42,190 nt of DNA, from assembly GCA_964403205.1 (NCBI GenBank), contig CAYOER010000005.1, forward strand, positions 1 to 42,190, read 5' to 3'. Source of the stretch: an uncultured Candidatus Saccharibacteria bacterium (lineage in GTDB: Bacteria > Patescibacteriota > Minisyncoccia > Phycocordibacterales > PALSA-1337). Of this stretch, positions 37,227 to 42,190 are shown in pieces. Made by a program: the position numbers and the translations under genes. The notes beneath the pieces are model-generated. The model had not been told where the DNA came from. It searched no databases and saw nothing but the letters and a program-made list of their open reading frames with translations. How positions within the stretch are numbered: the stretch's first letter is position 1; each line of letters begins with the position of its first letter.

Positions 37227-37569
37227 AATTTTCTAATATTACACGCTCACGCATACGACGGAATTTTGCAGTATCCTGATATTCCTTAAAGGATCTTACC
37301 TTGAATCTAATAAAATCATATACATCACCTTCTATCAATTTACCTTTCTTTGCAACTTCAAATTTCAATATTGGCGATGCAGTAGAGAGATCAACAAGAT
37401 CGATTTTATCTTCATTGATATTAAACTTTTTTGATAAAAAATGAGATAAATCTGTACGTGAAGCAAGGGTTAATGGATTATAAGAAAAAACTCCAAAATC
37501 AAAATCTGAAGTAGATATTGCCCTACCAGAAATCTGAGAACCAAATGCTATTATAATCGGTTTTTTCAT
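37216..37569 (-). CDS. Minimal nucleotidyltransferase (MntA-like) antitoxin
   Basis: FGSQISGRAISTSDFD (GS-X10-DXD) and IDLVDL; overlaps the HEPN gene; start could be 37584 or 37605. Confidence 0.88.
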   Translation of the reverse strand: MKKPIIIAFGSQISGRAISTSDFDFGVFSYNPLTLASRTDLSHFLSKKFNINEDKIDLVDLSTASPILKFEVAKKGKLIEGDVYDFIRFKVRSFKEYQDTAKFRRMRERVILENYVA

Positions 37570-37591
37570 ATTATATATTTGCATTATACCA

Positions 37592-38197
37592 TTATTCCTC
37601 CTCATTTACCACCTCCTCTTCCTGATCAAACACCTCTTCTTGACTGACAGCACTATTGACAGCACTAGTATCGAATTTCCAGCTAGAAAGCACGGCTTTT
37701 AGAACTTCATCATATTTTATATATGTACGGATCTGATACAGATTCCTATTGAGGACGAACCATACCTCCCTACTCCTACCGTCAAAGGCACTATCATTGC
37801 TGATAAAAGCTACACCTTTACCTGCATCTCCGAGTATAACATCTTGTGGAGATTCTATGAGTAGATTAGGTAGATCCTTCCTTATCCTCTCTACTGTCAG
37901 AGCTGGTATGTCCTCATCTATAGGGCTGATACTCACCTGGAAACCTTTACCTGTAGTTATCTCCTGTACCACTATATTTTCCATTCCATCTTCTGTAGTG
38001 AATGATGATGCAGAGAATGAACTAGGATAATCAAAAGTGAAATTCAATGTTGGATGACTATATGTCTCTGTTGTTGTAGCAATAGTAGATAATGTGGATT
38101 CAGCTGGTAGGAAAGCATCTTCTTTTTTATTTATAAAATATGCTATTCCTATTACGATGATGATTATAATTATTATGAATTTTATCTTTTTTGACAT
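37592..38197 (-). CDS. Membrane-anchored PsbP-like hypothetical protein
   Basis: N-terminal TM; TYSH..LNFTFDYP and C-terminal VLSSWKF pattern; acidic tail. Confidence 0.6.
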   Translation of the reverse strand: MSKKIKFIIIIIIIVIGIAYFINKKEDAFLPAESTLSTIATTTETYSHPTLNFTFDYPSSFSASSFTTEDGMENIVVQEITTGKGFQVSISPIDEDIPALTVERIRKDLPNLLIESPQDVILGDAGKGVAFISNDSAFDGRSREVWFVLNRNLYQIRTYIKYDEVLKAVLSSWKFDTSAVNSAVSQEEVFDQEEEVVNEEE

Positions 38198-38237
38198 GGT
38201 GTTTATTATTACTTTTTTAATGGTTAATAATTAATGA

Positions 38238-41200
38238 TTAGGGTGTCGGTGCAGACTCAGGTGCCGGTGCAGGTGCAGGAGCAGGAGCTGGTTCTGGGGT
38301 AGGAGCTGGTACTGGCTCTACTGGAACTGGCTCAATAACAGGTGCCGGTACTGGATCAGCAACGGGCTCTACAACAGGTGTTGATTCTGGAGCTGGTTCT
38401 ACTAGAGCTGGAGTGGAATCCACAGGTGCTGGAATAGGATCTACGGGCGCTGATACAGGAGTGGAAGTAGCTGGAGTAGCTGGAGTGGATGTAGCTACAG
38501 GATCTGAAACTGGTATTATAACTTGTGCAGTCTCAGGTACTATAGCGGGTGCTACGGCAGGAGCTGATGCAGGAGTGGATGTAGAGGATGTAGTAGATGA
38601 TGCACTGACTCCACCAGCACTTATTAGCAAGCTCTTCAATTGCTCTTTATTTATACATACATCATCTACACAGAGCTTCTCTTCTATATGCAATTCTTTT
38701 ACAAATATTCCCTTTATACTAGTCATAGCAGATGATAGGAAATCCATAAATGAACTGAATATTTTACTTAATATAGGTGTAGATGAAGCGATAGCATCAG
38801 CAGTAGTAGAGGCAATAGAATCCAATATTGTTGTTGAAGCGAATAGATTCAATGTATTCTCATTTATAAGATCAATAGTAGTTGAAGAAAGATTATTTAT
38901 TCTATCATTTAGTCCTACTATAGCTAGATTAGTATTCTTCATTGAAGCTGTCAATTCTCCCAATGATGCTTCTGTACTATTCCTCGATGTGAATAGCAAT
39001 TCTGCTGTAGATGAAGCTAGAATATCGACATATTCAGAAAGCGAATTTATATCTTTACCGAAACATTGATTACCCTGATAACATACATCGCCAGCTAGGG
39101 AAATATTACCCTTCTCATCAATAGTCATCACATCCTCACTTTTTTGATTTCTCAATAATAGTCCTTGTGTAGAGCTTGCACTGAGCGGAGCCTCAGTAAA
39201 GGTGAAATTGTTTGCAAAGATCAAGTCACCAGCATAGGAATTCGTAGCGCGAAATGTACCATTTACATATAGATTACCATTAATTGTAGATGTTGCATTA
39301 TTTGAATCTGTAGTTGAGGCTGTGAATATACCATTATTTAGTATTTTGAATAATGTACTTGAAGCACTATTGACTACTTCGAATGTACCTTCTGTACCAG
39401 TACCATTACCGAATATTGTAAGCTTCGATGATGGTGGAGTACTACTACCGATAGAGATTCTAGGGTAATCATTCATAAGATTTCCATTACCAGCAGAGAG
39501 ACCATAGACCATGATAGTTGTACTACCATTGAGTGATGCAGTGTAACCTTGTGGTGTTCCTTCAGGAGCACTTTCAAGTAATAGATCTGTCCATGTGACC
39601 ATACCGGCATCTGTATCAAATTCCATATTTCCTGTTGTTAATGAATCTATAGAAGTGATACCTGTTGAGAAGTCATAGACTAATGAGCCATTGCCAACAT
39701 TTAACCCTCCCGCAAAAGTAGAAGTAGCGGTTGTAGATGTAGCGTGGAAGTATTCTGCTACTACTGGGCCGACTACAGATAGCTTTGCATATGGGGATGT
39801 GGTACCGATACCTACATTACCTATATTATCTATATGAATACGAGTGGCATTAGCAGTTTGAAAGGCCATATATTCATTAACACCAGAACCTGAACCAGAT
39901 ATTCTAGATGATCCTGCATTTCCAAATTGATAACCACTACCGGATGACACACGAACATAACCATTAACATCTAGAGCTACGGCTGGATCCGCTGTCCCTA
40001 TCCCCACATTCCCACCATTCGTAACAATAAAGTTTGTAGCTGTAGAAGAACCAATTGCAAATGCTGGACCAGTTATACCATTTGGATTAATTGAAAGTTG
40101 TGCCCATGGAGTGGTGGAACCTACACCCAAATTACCACCATTTGCCATACGGAAACGCTCTGTTCCAGATGTAAAGAATTTTATATTTCCTGCACTTGTA
40201 TAGTAATTTATATCATTACGTGAAGTTCCGACACGATCAATTGCCTCAATAATAACTCCATTATATGCACCATTTGAACTTCCTGAAATTGTGAAGCTAG
40301 CATTATTATCTACAACCTCAAATTTTGCACCTGGATTAGTTGTCCCCACTCCCACATTCCCATTCTTATCAACAATAAACTGTGTACCCGTAGATGAACC
40401 TACAGCAAATGCAGGTGAACCAGCTACACCAGATACAGCTAGCTGTGCCCATGGAGTGGTGGAACCTACTCCAACATTCCCATTTTCCTGTACCTGGAAT
40501 ACAGTAGTAGAAGCATTATTGACAAGAGCTAATAGATTAGCAGTACCAGTTCCCTCACCCCATACAGTGAGTTTAGAATAAGGGGTCGATGTACCGATAG
40601 CTACTCCTATGCTTCCTGGTTTTGTATATCCATTACCATCCGTCTGACCATATAGAGTAAGTGTAGTACTACCCATAAGATCGAAGCTATATGATTCTAC
40701 TGTGCCATCATCTGGAGTATCTGTAATAGGTAGATCAAGTGCTGTAACTATACCCGCATCAGTATCTAGATTAAGATTTCCAGTCTGTACGGAACCGATA
40801 GATGTGATACCTGTATATGAATCATAAACAAGTCCCCCATTTCCTACATCAAGCCCTCCTGCAAATGTAGACGTAGCAGTAGTAGATGTAGCATGGAAGT
40901 ATTCTGCTACTACTGGACCGACTACAGATAGTTTTGCATATGGGGATGTGGTGCCGATACCTACATTACCTTCTGCATTCCATATACCACTACCTGGGAA
41001 GAAGGCAGCACTGGAGACAGAGAGTGCTGTAGTTGAACCATATGTGAATGCTAGATTAGCTGTAGTATTGTTCCATGTGAATGCAGATGAGTCTATGAGG
41101 AAGCCACCTGTACTTGCAAATGGTACTCTACCAGAAGTTAGAGATGAAATCGATATACCAGTAGTAGATGCATATGGGAAAGTGGAAGCTGTAGAGGATG

Positions 41201-42190
41201 TTGATATGAAATATGATGAACGGACATAGTCATCAAATACTCCAATACCCGCTACTCCGAGTAGAGCGTATGGTGATGTTGTACCAATACCGACATTCCC
41301 TGCATCTTGTATTACAAATCTTGTAGTACTAGCTACATCTGATACTGCAAATGCATAACTTGTAGCACTAGTAGTAGTACCTGCTACAGATAGTGTAGCC
41401 CATGGGGATGTGGTACCGATACCTAGACGGAGATTCTTTGCATTACCTGATCCATCTGCTTCTCCATATACTGTGAATACTGGGAGACCGCCGATATTGG
41501 CGGTGTAGGCTTCTGGAGTACCAGCTATAGCATTACTATCAAGTGGCAGATCTGTCCAAGAAACTATTCCAGCATTTGTTTCAAAGTTTAATGATCCAGT
41601 CTGAAGTCCAGTTATAGATGTTATACCAGTATAGTAGTCATAAACAAGTCCCCCATTTCCTACATCAAGCCCTCCAGCTAGAGTAGACGTAGCAGTAGTA
41701 GATGTAGCATGGAAGTATTCTGCTACTACTGGACCGACTACAGATAGTTTTGCATATGGGGATGTGGTGCCGATACCTACATTACCTTCTGCATTCCATA
41801 TACCACTACCTGGGAAGAAGGCAGAGCTAGAGACAGTAAGTGCTGTAGTAGATGCATATGGGAATGTAGATGCTGTAGAAGATGTAGCTGTGAAGTATGA
41901 TGCTGTTACATTATTCCCTGCCCAGATATCAGATGAAGCGTATATAGATGAAGAAGCAAATAGATTATTCTGTATCCATAGTGCTGTAGTGGTAGAGTTG
42001 GTATTTATTCCATAGTTAGTAGCTGGTGTCCAAGCGAAAGATACAGATGATGGCCATGATGTTCTACAGTCAGTGGTGATACAGATAGTGGTAGCGGAGA
42101 GAGCTGTGGTGGAGGCGTAGGGGAAGGTAGAAGCAGTAGAGGATGTTGATATGAAATATGATGAACGGACATAGTCATCAAATACTCCAA
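38238..42190 (-). CDS. Giant repetitive surface/fibre-like protein, partial (over 1300 aa; start lies beyond the window)
   Basis: The frame of ORF 38238..40676 stays open without a stop to 42190 (read codon by codon); GNVGIGTTSP repeats, ICITTDCRTSWP motif, Pro/Ala-rich tail. Confidence 0.88.
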   Translation of the reverse strand, partial: GVFDDYVRSSYFISTSSTASTFPYASTTALSATTICITTDCRTSWPSSVSFAWTPATNYGINTNSTTTALWIQNNLFASSSIYASSDIWAGNNVTASYFTATSSTASTFPYASTTALTVSSSAFFPGSGIWNAEGNVGIGTTSPYAKLSVVGPVVAEYFHATSTTATSTLAGGLDVGNGGLVYDYYTGITSITGLQTGSLNFETNAGIVSWTDLPLDSNAIAGTPEAYTANIGGLPVFTVYGEADGSGNAKNLRLGIGTTSPWATLSVAGTTTSATSYAFAVSDVASTTRFVIQDAGNVGIGTTSPYALLGVAGIGVFDDYVRSSYFISTSSTASTFPYASTTGISISSLTSGRVPFASTGGFLIDSSAFTWNNTTANLAFTYGSTTALSVSSAAFFPGSGIWNAEGNVGIGTTSPYAKLSVVGPVVAEYFHATSTTATSTFAGGLDVGNGGLVYDSYTGITSIGSVQTGNLNLDTDAGIVTALDLPITDTPDDGTVESYSFDLMGSTTLTLYGQTDGNGYTKPGSIGVAIGTSTPYSKLTVWGEGTGTANLLALVNNASTTVFQVQENGNVGVGSTTPWAQLAVSGVAGSPAFAVGSSTGTQFIVDKNGNVGVGTTNPGAKFEVVDNNASFTISGSSNGAYNGVIIEAIDRVGTSRNDINYYTSAGNIKFFTSGTERFRMANGGNLGVGSTTPWAQLSINPNGITGPAFAIGSSTATNFIVTNGGNVGIGTADPAVALDVNGYVRVSSGSGYQFGNAGSSRISGSGSGVNEYMAFQTANATRIHIDNIGNVGIGTTSPYAKLSVVGPVVAEYFHATSTTATSTFAGGLNVGNGSLVYDFSTGITSIDSLTTGNMEFDTDAGMVTWTDLLLESAPEGTPQGYTASLNGSTTIMVYGLSAGNGNLMNDYPRISIGSSTPPSSKLTIFGNGTGTEGTFEVVNSASSTLFKILNNGIFTASTTDSNNATSTINGNLYVNGTFRATNSYAGDLIFANNFTFTEAPLSASSTQGLLLRNQKSEDVMTIDEKGNISLAGDVCYQGNQCFGKDINSLSEYVDILASSTAELLFTSRNSTEASLGELTASMKNTNLAIVGLNDRINNLSSTTIDLINENTLNLFASTTILDSIASTTADAIASSTPILSKIFSSFMDFLSSAMTSIKGIFVKELHIEEKLCVDDVCINKEQLKSLLISAGGVSASSTTSSTSTPASAPAVAPAIVPETAQVIIPVSDPVATSTPATPATSTPVSAPVDPIPAPVDSTPALVEPAPESTPVVEPVADPVPAPVIEPVPVEPVPAPTPEPAPAPAPAPAPESAPTP
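40822..41008. repeat. Internal 187-bp direct repeat in the giant gene (copy at 41638-41824; partial copy about 39707-39821)
   Basis: Near-identical DNA encoding FFPGSGIWNAEGNVGIGTTSPYAKLSVVGPVVAEYFHATSTTATST. Confidence 0.88.

Noticed and set aside
40676-40700. True start, or frameshift/pseudogene, of the giant gene at 40676
   Set aside because: The frame continues with no stop to the window end; ORF 42005..42190 is an off-frame shadow.
209-42015. Many short antisense ORFs in the track (e.g. 2256..2633, 6900..7436, 16592..17035, 38413..39069)
   Set aside because: They are shadows of well-supported genes on the opposite strand with no recognisable motifs.
1-42190. Alternative genetic code (TGA = Gly)
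   Set aside because: Conserved genes are full length under code 11, and TGA ends genes (5600, 16426, 37216).

Overview
AT-rich bacterial chromosome segment. It uses the standard code (TGA is a stop, e.g. 5600-5602), and the gene content points to a Patescibacteria/CPR (Parcubacteria-like) genome; the taxonomy is inference. Positions 1-25 kb are mostly minus-strand housekeeping genes: dnaK start, grpE, infA-rpmJ-rpsM-rpsK-rpsD-rpoA-rplQ-rplM-rpsI, alaS, pepF, UDG, mnmA, mltG, leuS, ychF and zwf. Among them are two candidate structured small RNAs, an unannotated 46-aa membrane ORF and an in-frame palindromic insert in leuS. Positions 25.4-42.2 kb form a surface-protein locus. Four secreted triple-LamG proteins and two type IV pilin-LamG fusions (14 LamG domains) are bracketed by HicBA and MNT-HEPN toxin-antitoxin pairs, followed by a giant repetitive surface protein that runs off the window. 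The best candidate for a new system is the LamG array. Highly divergent domain cores lie between DNA-conserved borders (an exact GC-rich 17-mer in 9 of 12 domains, plus G-tract clusters), and an orphan 26-bp copy of the gene end makes hicBA look like an excisable cassette. No recombinase or reverse transcriptase is encoded in the window, so the mechanism is inferred, not shown.
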